Part shown: piece after piece, positions 1 through 29,290 of the stretch
How positions within the stretch are numbered: position 1 is the stretch's first letter
Layout: each line of letters starts with the position of its first letter
Assembly (NCBI RefSeq): GCF_009914755.1
Contig: NC_060931.1
Length of the DNA: 64,000 nt
Source: the human T2T-CHM13v2.0 reference genome, Homo sapiens
Reading direction: 5' to 3' (one strand)
Position numbers and translations under genes: made by a program
Notes under the pieces: generated by a model
What the model was told of the DNA's origin: nothing
Databases searched by the model: none
The model's input: the letters and a program-made list of their open reading frames with translations, nothing else

Positions 1-10
1 TGGAATCCTT

Positions 11-768
<758 letters not shown>

Positions 769-1456
769 ATTAAACAAGTTATTAAAAACATTAATCTCAA
801 AGGAAAATAGTGATATATTTGACTGAATTAAAATTAAGAAGATGTTCATCAATGTACAGCCACAAAAAGAAAATGAAAATCAAAAGACCAGTCACAGAGA
901 GTAGTAGGAGATACCTGCAACACATATAGCCAACCAGGACCAGTAATTTTCCTACTGTTCAAAGAACTTCAAACCAATAAGGACAAAACAGATGACCCTA
1001 TTAGAAAATGGGCAAAAGACTGGAATAGGCACTTCACAAAATAGAAATATCATTTCTTAAATGAGATGTAACAGAAACGGGAACAGTGCTCTAATATTCC
1101 TTTTCTCCCATATGCTTTCTTGATGATTGACTTTTGTAGTCCATTGAAGTTCCTTGTATTCACAAAGGGGGGCAGTCCAAATGGCCAATAAACATTTGAA
1201 AAGGCACTCAATCTCATTAGACGTCATTCAAGTGCCTATTAAAACAGTAGTGAGATACATTTATACTCTTTAGGCTGGCAGAAATTTTAAAGCCAAGTGA
1301 TAACAAAGATGTAAAGCAATGGGAACTCTTAGACACTACAGGTGGGAGTGTAGATTGGTGCAATCGCTTTGGAAAATAGTTTGGCATTACCTAAAACATT
1401 TGAACTTTGCATATCCTATGACTCAGCAAATCTGCTTCTAGACTCAAAACCTAGAA

Positions 1457-1625
1457 CAATCATTCTCAAACCTTAGCCTGCATCAGAATCTCATGGAAGA
1501 CTTTAAGCTCCCCTCCCAGAGTTTGAATCAGTGGATCAGGGGTGGGACCTGAGAATGTGTATTTCTGACAAGTTCCTAGGTGATGCTGATGCTGCTGGTG
1601 TGAGGATCACACTTTGAGAAACATG
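1457..1625. mobile_element. MER5A (hAT-Charlie MITE)
   Basis: ttctcaaa...tgcatcagaatc...ggtgatgctgatgctgctggt...cacactttgagaa; terminal inverted repeats. Confidence 0.8.
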
Positions 1626-1709
1626 CACACCACCCAGATATACACACAAGACCTGCTAATGGAGTAACAACTGAAAATGTCCAACACCAGTTGAATGAAT
1701 AAAGTATGG

Positions 1710-2200
1710 CAGTGGTCCCCAACCTTTTTGGTACCAGGGACCAGTTTCATGGAAGACAATTTTTCCACAGACCAGAGTGGGGGGGATGGTTTTGGGATGA
1801 TTCAAGCACATTCCATTTATTGTGCACCTTACTTCTATTATTATTACACTGTAATATAGAATGAAATAATTATACAACTCATCATAATGCAGAATCAGTA
1901 GGCACTTGTTTTCCTGCAACGAGACAGTCCCATCTGGGGGTGATGGGAGATCATCAGGCATTAGATTCTCATGAGGAGTTGTGCAACCTGGATCTCTCGA
2001 ATGTGCAGTTTGCAATAGGGTTCACCCTCCTATGAGAATCTGATACTGCCGCTGATCTGACAGGAGGCGGAGCTCAGGTAGTAATGTGAGTGAGGGGGAG
2101 CAGCTGTAAATACAGATGAAGCTTCACTTGCTAGTCTGCCTCTTACCTCCTGCTGTGTGGCCTGATTCCCGGTCCGGGGCGTGGGGATTGGGGACCCTTG
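1710..2200 (+). mobile_element. MER1A (hAT-Charlie) with TIRs and 8-bp TSD
   Basis: TIR cagtggtccccaa ... ttggggacccttg; flanked by aagtatgg / aagaatgg. Confidence 0.88.
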
Positions 2201-2357
2201 AAGAATGGGATATTTCTGTAATGGAGTACTGCAAAGCATTGGAAATGAATGGACTGTAGCTAGGATCAAAATATAGATGCATCTCCAAACAATTCCCAAA
2301 GCCCAAAGATAAAAGACCATACACAATAGGAACCCAATCATAAAAATAAAAAGAGCT

Positions 2358-2673
<316 letters not shown>

Positions 2674-2789
2674 TCAAACCACATTATTTAGGGTTGCATG
2701 CGTGTGTGCTAAAAGTCTAAGGAAAGGCAAGGAAACGATAATCAAAGTCATTGGCATAGCATTTTCCTCTCAGGGAAAAGGGAGAGAAC

Positions 2790-3385
2790 ACATGCCAGTT
2801 ATTAAGTTGTGACCCTTTTGGGAATAGGCTTTGTGATGTTGGGGCTGGGATCTTCAGCACCCTTTTCCCTTTACCCAGCAGGCTCCTTCTCAGGCTCTTG
2901 CCATAGGTGGCGCCAGAGAAAGACTTCAAGGCTGGAACAGGAAGGAAGAATTTCCTCCTTCCTGTTTCTCCCCTTTGGGTCTCCACCTGTTTCCTGCCCC
3001 TTTTTAAGGTTCCCAGCAAAACTTCTTCACCCTTGCACCATCATTTCCTTTGGCAGCAGCAGCTAAATCCTGCCTGCCATTTTTCCAACACTTCACAAAA
3101 ATAGCCTCATTGTGACCCTTCACCATCACCAGCACCTGCCAGCCCACTCTTCAGAAATCAGAGTTTCAGCTTCCCTAAGTTCCTAAATTTCAATAATTCC
3201 AACCTCTTCACATGGTGCCTTCCCTCCACTCATCCCTACCAGGTAATAGCTACTTCATCCAGTTGCTACCTCCAAGATACATTTAGAATTCTGTTTTTAC
3301 TGTGTCAGTTACAGAGGTCACAATTTTATACCTAGCTAATGGTTCTTTAGATCAAGTTCTTTCTGTTAAAATAACTTGGTGGCTC
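2790..3385 (+). mobile_element. ERVL LTR, LTR41-like
   Basis: tgccataggtggcgccagagaaagacttcaaggctgg and terminal ttctgttaaaataact resemble LTR41 as recalled. Confidence 0.55.
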
Positions 3386-3394
3386 TTGAGTTCA

Positions 3395-3812
3395 TGCTTG
3401 TTGCTTCATAGTCACCTCCAGCATTAAGCCGACATCCCATGCAGTAAGAGAGGGAAATGGTGTTTGAGAGCCACATATGCCCCTTTCAAAGAGCTTTCCG
3501 CTGGGATGACCAGTTGTCCCTGATTGTGCAGGACTGAAGAGTTCCCCAGGATGCAGGACTTTTGTGGCTGAAACCAAGAAAGTCTGGGCAAACAGGGATG
3601 AGTTGGTCACCCTAAACTCTGTGACTTCTGCTTAAACACATTGACTGTAGCTATTTCTATGGTCACTTTGCTCACCTCTGGCTTCAAGGAAGGCTGGGAT
3701 ACGTAGATGTAGGTTTTTAGCAGGGCTCATTATCACCCCAGTCAAAAACAGAGTCCTGTTAATTAGAAGGAAGGGCAGAATGGATATTGGAAAGGCAGCT
3801 GGTGGTCCTGCC
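3395..3812 (-). mobile_element. MLT1 (J/K-like) MaLR LTR with nested MER81
   Basis: gaaggaagggcagaatggatattggaaaggcagct and gacttctgctta...cattg resemble reverse MLT1. Confidence 0.6.
3502..3614. mobile_element. MER81-like hAT-Blackjack MITE
   Basis: Long TIRs gggatgaccagttgtccc ... gggatgagttggtcaccct, ~113 bp. Confidence 0.75.
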
Positions 3813-4202
3813 CTTTAACTCCAGATAGCAATCATTAACCACCCCTCAACATTGCCTGAGATCACATGGCTATCATTAGAGATATGACAAGAAGCCAGGT
3901 CTTCTGCTGGTGGCCCCCATAGGATACACTGCCTGTTTCTCTCTTTCAGACTCATTTCTGGCACCCAAGAAATAAAACCATTTCCATATGTTAGCATTTT
4001 CAATCTTCAATGACTAATTATATTCCAAAGGTGAGAGGTTTATGCAGGAAACCTTCCCACCATGTCTTGGCCAGTTACTGGGTGAAAATGGTCACCAAAT
4101 AGAACCATGGCTATTTTACATATGCACTATTTTTATTTCTGTGTTTGCAGTCATGTTTGGCTCTTTCTTAGTGGGAATTTTGGTTGTAAGGTTTTAGTTT
4201 TG

Positions 4203-4648
<446 letters not shown>

Positions 4649-5589
4649 GACCAGCCTGGAAAACATAGCAAGACCCCATTGCAATTTTTAAAAATTGTTT
4701 TAGTTTTGTGATGGGTTCAAGAATCCTGTGTCCTGTACTCTTTTTTTATTTGGTGTTTATCTGGTTTTTTTTTCTCAAGCATTAAGTATTGTTTTATCCT
4801 AGATGTCTTTATTCTAGGTTCCCTTTGGTACCTGCATTTACTCTTATTGACTTGGTAAGAAAATGCTTGTTTGGGAGGATTCCAAATCTGTTAAATCCAT
4901 ATGCTGGCTCACTTTCATTTCAACAGCCAGGTGCTTCGGCAGTATGGCATTAATATACATAAAAAGAGGGAGGCAAACTTATGTCTCACAGATTGAATCT
5001 TTTTTACTAACTTTGGAAGACTCTCTTGGCCAGCTTGGTTTGTTCCTTTGAATCATGAATACGATAAACTGCAGAGGGAAAAATATGATCAATAGGTATC
5101 AGCCAAGGGCTGCTCGGCCTTGTAGATTTCACGTATATTTTGTGACCTCCCCATAACACATCATCATTGGAGGCTGCATATCTGCAAGGTACACACAAAA
5201 TAGGCTGCATCTCATCTGCTTTCAGTCACCACAGCACCGTGTATGTTTAGTACAGCCACAATTTTTATAAACGGCCGAACAACGGGCTGGAAGCCAGGGC
5301 TTCTCAAATTCCATTTCCTTCTCTAGGATACGAATTTCCTCATAGATGTTGGAAGCTACGTTTCCTCTTTCCTTTCCTCTCACTTCAAAACAGTGAACAT
5401 GTGAATATATATATTTAGAGTAGCATGAGAAACAAGCAGTTCCTACATCTTGCATGTAATTCACTAATGTCCAATTTCATTGTCTCTCCTTGTCTCCATG
5501 TAATTCCTTCTTTCCTGTTCAGAGCTCTGAAGATTTGTAATTAAACTCCCACACTTGGTTTTTTTTTTACTTCAGCTTTGATTATAATT

Positions 5590-5990
5590 TTAGGTTGAGC
5601 CATATGAAAGTAATGACAATTAACCACATGTGACCTTTTTTTTTTTTTTTTTTTTTTGAGATGGAGTCTCGCTCTGTTGCCCAGGCTGGAGTGCAGTGGT
5701 TCCATCTCGGCCCACTGCAACCTCCACCTCCCAGTTCAAGCGATTCTCCTGCCTCAGCCTACCGAGTAGCTGGGATTACAGGTGCCCGCCACCATACCCG
5801 GCTAATTTTTTTTGTAATTTTAGTAGAGACAAGGTTTCACCACGTTGGCCTGTCTGGTCTCCATCTCCTGACTTCAGGTGATCCACTCGCCTCAACCTCC
5901 CAAAGTGCTGAGATTACAGGTGTGAGCCACCATGCCCGGCCCTCACATTTGACCATATTTGAATGGCAGTTGTATCTGGTTCAACCTAAT
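5590..5990. mobile_element. MADE2 (Hsmar2-derived MITE) split by a minus-strand Alu (5636-5941)
   Basis: taggttgagccatatgaaa ... atctggttcaacctaa inverted ends around an Alu. Confidence 0.75.
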
Positions 5991-6029
5991 TATAAGCTGC
6001 ATACATTGAGACTGTGCTTATATTCACAG

Positions 6030-6175
6030 CACTGCACCAAGTTTTTACACATATAACTCCCAGTTAGACTGCAGATTCACATAAAGTGGGGAAACTGAGG
6101 CACGCGTGGAGATGAAGTGACTTGACCAGGGTTTGCAGTTAGTAAGTGTTGGAGCTACAGTTAAAACTCAGGGGT
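6030..6175 (-). mobile_element. MIR
   Basis: ggggaaactgaggcac...aagtgacttgaccaggg...agttagtaagtg core. Confidence 0.75.
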
Positions 6176-6177
6176 CT

Positions 6178-6594
6178 GGCCGGGCGCGGTGGCTCACACC
6201 TGTATCCCAGCACTTTGGGAGGCCAAGGCAGGCGAATCACTTGAGGTCAGGGGTATGAGAACAGTCTGGCCAACATGGCAAAACCCCATCTCTACTAAAA
6301 ATACAAAAATTAGCTGGGAGGGGTGGCATGCACCTGTAATCCCAGCTACTCAGGAGGCTGAGGCACAAGAGTCATTTGAACCCGGGAGGCAGAGGTTGCA
6401 GTGAGCCGAGATCACACCACTGCACTTCAGCCTGGGCAACAGAGTGAGACTCTGTCTCCAAAAACAAAACAAAACAAAAGAGACGGAGCTCTCCCTATGT
6501 TGCCCAGGCTGATCTTGAACTCCTGGCCTCAAGCAATCCTATGGCTTCGGCCGCCCAAAGTGCTGGGATTACAGGTGTGAGCCACCATGCGTGG
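6178..6594. mobile_element. Alu (+, 6178-6479) abutting a minus-strand FLAM (6480-6594)
   Basis: Alu consensus; monomer inverted directly after the (caaaa)n tail. Confidence 0.88.
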
Positions 6595-6904
6595 AAACTG
6601 GTTTCTTTGGAGAAGGGTCTGACTTCCTTATCACTGTTCTCACACCTCTCAAACACGTGGCTATTTGTCACTTCAGGGTAAGAGGATGTGACATACGGCA
6701 GGACCTTACGATCTACATTAAAAAGCTGCTTACCATGAATCCACTTAAAATGGAAACCAAAACGTTTTAATTCTGTGAAATTTTGTGAGATTTGTGGGGG
6801 AAAAAAAAAAACATATGAATCAGACTTTACCTAGAAAGATGATTCCAATAAGTTGGTTTAACTTATGCTTCACTGAATTTAGTTCCTACAAAATTTTTGC
6901 TAAC

Positions 6905-7947
<1,043 letters not shown>

Positions 7948-8106
7948 TCATCAGATCCCAAAGAAACCAACTGCCATTTCCACTGCTGAAGTCTCTCAAC
8001 AAACATCACTGTGCATTGGTCTGGTCACCAATGGGGGTGTCTTTCCCATGAGTTCCTCCCACATCCTCAATAAAGAAGCAGGAATAATGATTCAGATTTT
8101 TCTTTT

Positions 8107-8532
<426 letters not shown>

Positions 8533-9039
8533 ATTAATTAATTAACTAATTAAAATTAAAAAAGGAAAAACAAATTTTTATTTGGTCTCTGCCAGGAAAA
8601 AAAAGTAGCTTCCACTTAGCAATCAGCTTGTTTTTATCTTACGGAGAGTTAACCTCATAAGTGAGCATGTATCCTTCCTTGTTTGGGCTGCTAGTTAGCT
8701 CAGAACCAAAACTGGAATCCGTCTCTCCCAACTACATTAAACTTTACGGTTTGTATTTTGTGTACTCACTATATGCATGGCTTAGTCTTACGTTTTTGAT
8801 CAGTATTTCTCTGTTTTTCTGTTTTCTCATTTACTGATCTACTTTTATATTGTTGTATGTATATATCTGAGTAAGCAGTCAGAAATCCATTTTTTAAAAT
8901 TTGAGTTCAGATGAACTTAACCACCATGATGCAATCAGCAAAAGTCAGACTGTGGGAAACTCTAATGAGCAAATGACCCAGTTTCTTGAAAGGGGAAGAA
9001 AAGGAAATGGACAGGGAAGCCTAGACTAAAAGCAATTAC

Positions 9040-11160
<2,121 letters not shown>

Positions 11161-11229
11161 TAAAGAGTCTTTTAAAAAACAAAAATGAAGCTCGGGAGCA
11201 CAGGTCACTGACGACATCTGGCTGGAATG

Positions 11230-11680
11230 AGGCAGTGAACATCTAGTTTTCGCCTGCTCAGCATTCATTGCCCCTTCTGCTAACAGGAGTCAGGCTTTGC
11301 TTTAAGGAGCGGCCAGCCCTTCGCATGCAGCCTTCCAGAGTCTGCCCCTCAAGGTAATAGACACTGGTCCACCCTTAGCCCAGGCCTGGGCACAGAACCT
11401 CTGCTAAGCCGATCGCTGCTTGGGGTCCCTCGGGGATTCCAGATTCCAGTCTCGTATAGAATGATGCAAGAAGGGAAGAGCTCAGAGCGGATTGATCCCC
11501 GTGGGGCATCCTGAGACACCAGCGTTGGGTTTTTGTTGCTGAATCCCACAGCAGCCCTGACTCCTGTCTTTTCTGAAGCCTGAATCTTGGCATTCTTCTG
11601 TTATGTGAACTACAGGCTAATACATTCCCTTTTTGTTTAAGTTGGCTGGGGTTGGTTTCTGTGGCTCAAAACCACAGCAC
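11230..11680 (+). mobile_element. ERVL LTR (LTR16-like)
   Basis: End segment aatacattccctttttgtttaagttggctggggttggtttctgtggctcaaaacc resembles LTR16-family 3' end. Confidence 0.5.
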
Positions 11681-11799
11681 CCCATGGCAGAGCCTCTGCA
11701 GATCGTCAGCTATTCTTTGTGTTTCTTTTCCTGGCCTGTCTTGGGCTGATACAGCTACACTCCCAGAACCCCTTGGACATTAAGACTTACACAAGCCAT

Positions 11800-12935
<1,136 letters not shown>

Positions 12936-12959
12936 AACCAATTATTAATCTTGAATATG

Positions 12960-13810
12960 CCTTATTGTCCTCATTTATAAAACCGGGGTAATAGCTATAA
13001 CCTCATAACGGTGTTGTGAGGATGAAATGATGAATGCTTGCAAAATGCTCTGAGCCGTGCCTTGGTACACAGCACCTGCTTGATATACGCGTGTCTGCCA
13101 TCATCATTATTATCATCATCCCCTGCCCCCAGACAGGGCAGAGATGTGGACATCGGAGCAACTCTGGATCCCGATGGACGTCCAGTCCTCAAACTCAGTC
13201 CAGTCCTAGGGTTCCCAGTTGAGCAGCTTTTGGGAGCTTCTGTGAATCTGGTGTTTGGGCTACGATGATTCTTGCTTTTCTTGTCTCCAAATCCATTCTT
13301 GCCAAATAAGCTGCATGTCTTGAGGTAACATGAGTGAGTTTCTAAGTGTCTCACACCCTCACTGACATTCTCTCTCTCTCTCTCCCTCCCCCCCGCCCCT
13401 CTCTCCCCTCTCTCTGATACAGCATTTGTCTCTGTCATCCAGGCTGGAGTGTACTGGTGCTGTCACAACTCATGGCAGCCTCGACTGCCTGGGCTCAACT
13501 GATCCTCCTGCCTTAGCCTCCAGAGTACCTGGGCCCACAGGCACACACCACCACACCTGGCCAATTTTTAAAATTATTTGTAGAGACGAGATCTCCTTAT
13601 GTTGCCCACGATGGTCTCAAACTCCTGGGTTCAAACAATCCCCCTGCCACAGCCTCCCAAAGTGCTGGGATTACAAGCATGAGCCACTGCACCCAGCCAA
13701 CATCATCCATTTTAGTCCTCATTTTATAGTAAGGGAAACTGAAGCCCAGAGAGGCCAATAACTTGTCTGAGGTCACACAGCTTGTTAATCATGAAGCTGC
13801 CTCCAAAATT
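12960..13810. mobile_element. MIR (+, 12960-13120), AluJ (-, 13415-13698), MIR (-, 13700-13810)
   Basis: cctcatttataaaaccgggg...gttgtgaggatgaaatga; cattttatagtaagggaaactgaagcccagagagg. Confidence 0.75.
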
Positions 13811-13974
13811 TACACCCCTCCCATGGCACCATCATGCTGCTTTGATTTAAGATAGTGATGCAAGCATCTCAGTCTGCTTTGCTTAACTTCTCCATCCAGG
13901 TTAGGGATGGACTGACTCAAATTGCTTCCATTGTTATCACTAGTATTTTGTATGGCTGTTGAATAAATGTATGG

Positions 13975-14458
13975 AACATCAACTGCCCTCATTAACTCCC
14001 CTGCTGGTATCCACACCCCTGTGTAGTCCCCTCCCATACTGAATTAGGCTGACTTGTGTAAACACTAGGCAGAACTAGACTTCCGGGGCCAGATCATAAA
14101 AGACCCTGTGGCTTCTCTTTGCTCTTTCACGAAGTCCTTGCTGCAAGGGAAGCCATGTTGTGAGGATGCTCAAGCAGCCCAGTGGACAGGTCACATGACC
14201 TCCCGCCAATAACAGCACCAACTTCCCAGGTGTATAAGGGGCCACCTCAGAAGTGGAGCCTCCAGGCTCAGGTAAATTTCAGCTCCAGCTAACATCTTGA
14301 TGCAACCTTACAAGAGACCCCTGAGCCAGACCCACCCAGCTGAGTTATTCCCAAATTTTTTCTTCTGAGCCACAGAAACTGTGAGATGATAAATGTTTAC
14401 CATTTAAAGCCACTAGGTGAGGAGTCGTTTGCCATGAAGCAATAAATGAGTAACATAC
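13975..14458 (+). mobile_element. MLT1E/F-like MaLR LTR
   Basis: tatccacacccctgtgtagtcccctccca...cacagaaactgtgagatgataaatgttt...aagccact...aacataca. Confidence 0.75.
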
Positions 14459-14749
14459 AACACTTCTATCTTTTTTCCAAGTCCCAACGCCAGTATATTT
14501 CATCGGGAATATTTTTCCCCATGCTTTGGTTTGAACATGTTTCCTGTGGTGTCAGAGTCAGATGTATATTTTCCTGAATTGGTGTTTAAGAAATATGTAT
14601 GAGTTCTAAATGACAGGGTGGCTGTGAAAGAAAAGCAAGTTCGCCTGTTGGAAGCAAGCTGAGGAAACAGGGTTCATCTCTCTTAGATTTTTAGGCTATG
14701 GTTTCGAATGGGTAAGGAAGTGTTTCCACAGGAGACAATTCTGTGCCTT

Positions 14750-14842
14750 ACACACAGGCACACACATGCCTGCACATACACACATACACGTGTGCACACA
14801 TGCATGCACACACACACACGCACACATGCACACACACACACT
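14750..14842. repeat. Degenerate (CA)n microsatellite
   Basis: acacacaggcacacacatgc...acacacac. Confidence 0.9.
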
Positions 14843-15429
14843 TTTGGTCTCCTTGCTTTTGCAATGATAGCAAAGTGCAGTACTTTTCAGGAATGGTCAG
14901 AGTTTTCATCACTGTGTGATGAGAAATTCTAGAGACTCAGTGAACAGGCAGAAAGCAAGACTGGGGACACAGGAAGGATCCTCGGAGGATACAGAAGCCG
15001 TAGGAGGTGACATTCAGTGGACAGGAAAAGGAAGAGGATGAGAAGACAGAAGAATGGTCCAAGTTCCCCGATCATTCGCCAAATAGCTACTGAGCTCCAG
15101 GTCTTCAAAGATTTCAGATTCTGAGACTTCTGCTTTGCTTCATCAGCCTGCTTTCAGACTCAGCCAGCGCTGGGGTTCAGGGAATTCCATAAAGACCCTT
15201 TCTTGTGATGGGGCTGTATTCTGCTGCCTTGCATATGTCCACCTGGGAGCAATGGTCAAACCAAGGACCCTTTGGGCTTAAGGCAGAAGAATGACCCCAT
15301 CATTGCTTCTTCGTGGGTCTTGTACAGCTACTGTGTGCCCAGCACATGGTGCATGGTGTGATTCCTAGATTTTGGAAGAAAAAGGAAAGACAAGGTGGAG
15401 GAATAGCCCAGCTATACCTCATTTTCTAG

Positions 15430-15800
15430 AGCAGCACCGTCCAACAGAACTTTCTGCAGTGATGGAAGTGTTCTTCCTCTGCACTGATCAATACGGTAGC
15501 CATTAGCCACCTGAGCCTAGAGGCTCTGCTTCCAAGGTGGCCCCTATACACCTGGTGCTGTTATTGGCAGGAGGTCATGTGGCCTCTCTACTGAGCTGCT
15601 TAAGCATCCTCACAGCATGGCTTCCCTTGCAACTAGGACTCCATGAGAGAGCAAAGAGAAGCCACAAGGGTCTACTAAGCACTTGAAATGTGGTGCCTGC
15701 CAGGGAGGGGCGGAATGTTTAACTTTATCTAGTTTTAATTAGAGTATAAGTTTAGGTAGTCGTATATGGCTACTGGCTTCTGAATTGCATGGCATAGCTC
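15430..15800. mobile_element. MER3 (hAT-Charlie) interrupted by an MLT-like fragment
   Basis: gtccaacagaactttctgcagtgatggaa...tagccac ... agcacttgaaatgtgg...tggctactggct. Confidence 0.7.
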
Positions 15801-15838
15801 TTAGGCCTTGCTTTGGGTTTATAAACACAGTCTCTCTA

Positions 15839-17087
<1,249 letters not shown>

Positions 17088-17089
17088 AA

Positions 17090-21840
<4,751 letters not shown>

Positions 21841-21949
21841 AAATGCCTTTGCAGGAAATCAGTATCTCCTGCATCCCTCTGCTTCTCTGCACCTCTCTCC
21901 TTTCACCTCTCTCGCTGGTCTCCAGCTTCCTGAGCAACCTCTGCCATCA

Positions 21950-22975
<1,026 letters not shown>

Positions 22976-23202
22976 AATAATTCGTAAATGAGGGAAATGT
23001 GGAAACTGCACCGCCTTTTTAGGGGAACCTGAACTGGCAATGGAGGACCAGGCTACTGAAGTCCGAAAGGGATCCCAATGATGCCCACGTTTGCCACTCC
23101 CTGTTTTCAGCTAAGATTTCTCTCTGGGGCATTCTCTCAGATCTGTCTTAGCTGGATCTAGCATATTGAATGAGTGAAGGGCTCCAGAAAGAAAGAGAGA
23201 TA

Positions 23203-24162
<960 letters not shown>

Positions 24163-24178
<16 letters not shown>

Positions 24179-24662
24179 GAAGGAAGGAAGGAAGGGAAGA
24201 AAGAAAGGAAGGAAGGAAGGAAAGGAGGAAGGAAGGAAGGAAGGAAAGGAAGGAAGGAAATGGAGGGAGGAAGGAAGGGAGGGAGGGAAGGAAGGAAAGG
24301 AAGGAAGGAAGGAAAGGAAAGGAAGGAAGGGAAGGAAAGGAAGGAAGGGAAGGGAAGGAAGGAGAGGAAGGGAAGGGAGGGAGGAAGGGAAGGAAGGAAG
24401 GAAAGAAGGGAGGGAGGGAAGGAAGGAAGGAAAGGAAGGAAGGAAAGGAAAGGAAGGAAGGAAAGGGAGGGAGGAAGGAAGGGAGGGAGGGAAGGAAGGA
24501 AGGAAAGGAAGGAAGGGAAGGGAAAGAAGGAGAGGAAGGGAAGGGAGGGAGGAAGGGAAGGAAGGAAGGAAGGAAAGAAGGGAGGGAAGGAAGGAATGAA
24601 GGGAAGGGAAGGAATGAAGGGAAGGAAGGGAAGGAAGGAAGGAAGGAAAGAAGGAAGGAAGG
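24163..24662 (+). repeat. ~500-bp polypurine (GGAA/GGGA) tract
   Basis: Only three pyrimidines seen (T near 24261, 24597, 24616); internal duplicated blocks. Confidence 0.95.
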
Positions 24663-24751
24663 ATGGATCAGGGATTCAGGGATGGATCTCAAGTGGTCTT
24701 CAGTTACAGTAGAGTATGATGACCTTTAATCTGAGGGCTTAAGAATGATCA

Positions 24752-25005
24752 GGCCTGGCACTGTGGCTCACACGGGTAATCCCAGTGCTTTGGGAGGTCG
24801 AGATAGATAGATCACTTGAGACCAGGAGTTTGAGACCAGCCTGGCCAACATAGCAAGACCCTGTCTCTATAAGAAGTAAAAAAATTAGCTGGGCGTGGTG
24901 GCACTTGTGAGGCAGAGGCAGGAGGGTGACTTGGGCACAGGAGGTGGAAGCTGCAGTGAGCTATGATTTTGCCACCGCACTGCAGCCTGGGCGACAGAGC
25001 GAGGT
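24752..25005 (+). mobile_element. Degenerate AluJ
   Basis: Alu dimer with deletions, no clear tail. Confidence 0.8.
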
Positions 25006-25138
25006 TAGAATATAAACATATGTATTGTATATAATACACATATATTTTATCTTCTGTCTATCTTACACTTTAGGGTTGGGGGCCTGGAGTGTCTGGGGCG
25101 GGGAGACTGCTGAGGTCATCCGTCCCTTTCTCCAATGA

Positions 25139-26260
<1,122 letters not shown>

Positions 26261-28419
26261 ACCCCGACCCCGATCCTGGAGGCTCCAGCCTGAGGATCTC
26301 CTCCACTTTCCCCGGTCTGGATACCCCGTCGCCCCCGACCCCCACCGGCCTGGACTCTGGGGTCAGCCCTGACCCACACCTTGCGGCTCCTGGGGTCACC
26401 CCTGACCTCATCTCCCACCGGCCTGGGCTCCTGGAGCCACCCATACCCCAAGCCCATCTGGCTGGGCCTCTTAGACCCCTGACCCAGATCCCTGCTGCTC
26501 CCCAGCTCCCATCGGCCTGGACTCCGGGGTCATTCTGAACTCCCACTGGCCTGGATCCCTGGGGTCATCTACGTCCCTACCCTGCCTAAACACGCAAGGT
26601 TAACCGCGACCCCCACTTCCTAGGCCCCCCCGGAGTCACCCCTGACCGCTAACCCCACAAGCCTGGGCTCGCAGGGCCACTCCCACCCCAGCTCCACCCA
26701 GCTGGGTTACTGAGGTCACCTTGACCCCAGTCCCTGCTGCCTGGGCCTGGGGATCACCCTCAACCCTTCCAGGTCACCCTGGACCCCCACCAGCTTGGAC
26801 TCCAGGGTCACCCCAGCCTGACCTGGTTCTCAGGACCACCCCCGACCCCCACCAGCCAGGGCCTCAAGTCACCCCAGTGCCTGATGCCTGCCGTCCTGGA
26901 CCCCAGTGCCCACCCCTGACCCTGTCTGGTCTGGACCCTTGGGCCACCCCCACCCCATCCAGTCTGGGTCCTGGGGGACCCCAACACACTCACCCAGGAC
27001 AGTGGGAGGGTGTTGCTCCGGGAAGTGCGAGGTCCCTAGGAGTGTGGGCTGTGCTGAAGGAGCAGAGGCCTGGCGGGGAGGGGCGAGGACAGGAAGCCTG
27101 TGCCTCAGTTTACATCCCCAACTAGTGCTCCTTGGATGGAGTAGCGGGACCCCAAGATCAAATTAGATTCCCCCGGGCCCGAGGTCACCAGGGCAGAGAG
27201 ACCCAGCTGGGCCTGGACGGCTGCCCAGGCCTGTCGGTGCCTTTCGTAGCATCCCGTGGTCACCTCCCGCCCATTCCGGTTCCCTCCTTTCCAGCTCCAC
27301 TGCCCTCCGCACCCTCTGCTCTGCCCCGGACCTCAAGGTCTGTTGATCAGGAGAAAGCCTGTTTAATTACTCATTTCCTCTGGAGCCACTTTCTTTTTCT
27401 ATTTAGTGATTGCCTCTAACTCATCACCAGTGTTTATATTTCTTCAATGTGGTTCTTGTTCAGGGTTGTCTGTCTAATTACTCCCTTTTATAAACGCCTT
27501 GCGTCTGGGGAATTTTTGCTGGGGTAATTCCCAGGGCCCAAAGTTTGTGTCTGTAAACTTCTCCCCTTTTTTAGTCTTGGCATGTTTGGTTACAGATATC
27601 GCATTGAATAATTTAAAATGCAACATCAACAATGACTCACTCCCCCTTGGGGCGTGAGAGGGGAAGTATACCTTTTTCTAACCGTGCTGAAAGGTGTGCA
27701 TTTTGGTAAAATCAGAACTCAGGAGATAACAAATTTGTTCTTTGCCTCAGATATTAGTGTGTTCTCTCTCTTCCATAACCAATACACTCTCTCCGTTTGG
27801 GGCCATTAAATGCATTTCCTGGCCACTCTCCCCTCCAGTAAGAAAATGACAGGTAGGCTCCCCAGGCCCCCCTTAGAGGCCTGCTTTACAGACGCACCTT
27901 TATATAACTCAGGTTCACTAAGTACTTCCATTAAAGTCTTGTTTTCAGGTTTCCTGCCCCTGCCGTGGAAACAGGTGCACTCCTGAGTCAGGCCCAGCTT
28001 TAGTGAATCTTGAAGGAGGCTTTCACGGTATTTTTTTTTTGTAATTCAAGGGGAAAAAATTTCAACCTCAGATCGTCTACGAATAGGCCAGTAGCAAGCC
28101 TGTTATTTATGAAATGTTATCGGTGTATACAGTCCTTGCACATTTATGCTCCAGGGAGCTCGTGTTCTCGGTGGGTGCATTACCAGGCATTGTGGTGGGG
28201 CTGTCAGGCTACACAGATGCCCGCCCGCTGACTTGGTGCATTAGATGTGCGTGAAGTGCTTGGCCCACTGCGCCTGTCTGTTTTTATTTGACTTCACCTG
28301 CACATGTGAGCAATATCTATGTAGGCAGCAATGTAAAATTTACAAGAACAAAGCAAATGTGCAGAAGGAAAAACATTAAGTGGATGTCCATGTCCACCCT
28401 CCTAGAAAAGAGCTATTTG

Positions 28420-29290
<871 letters not shown>

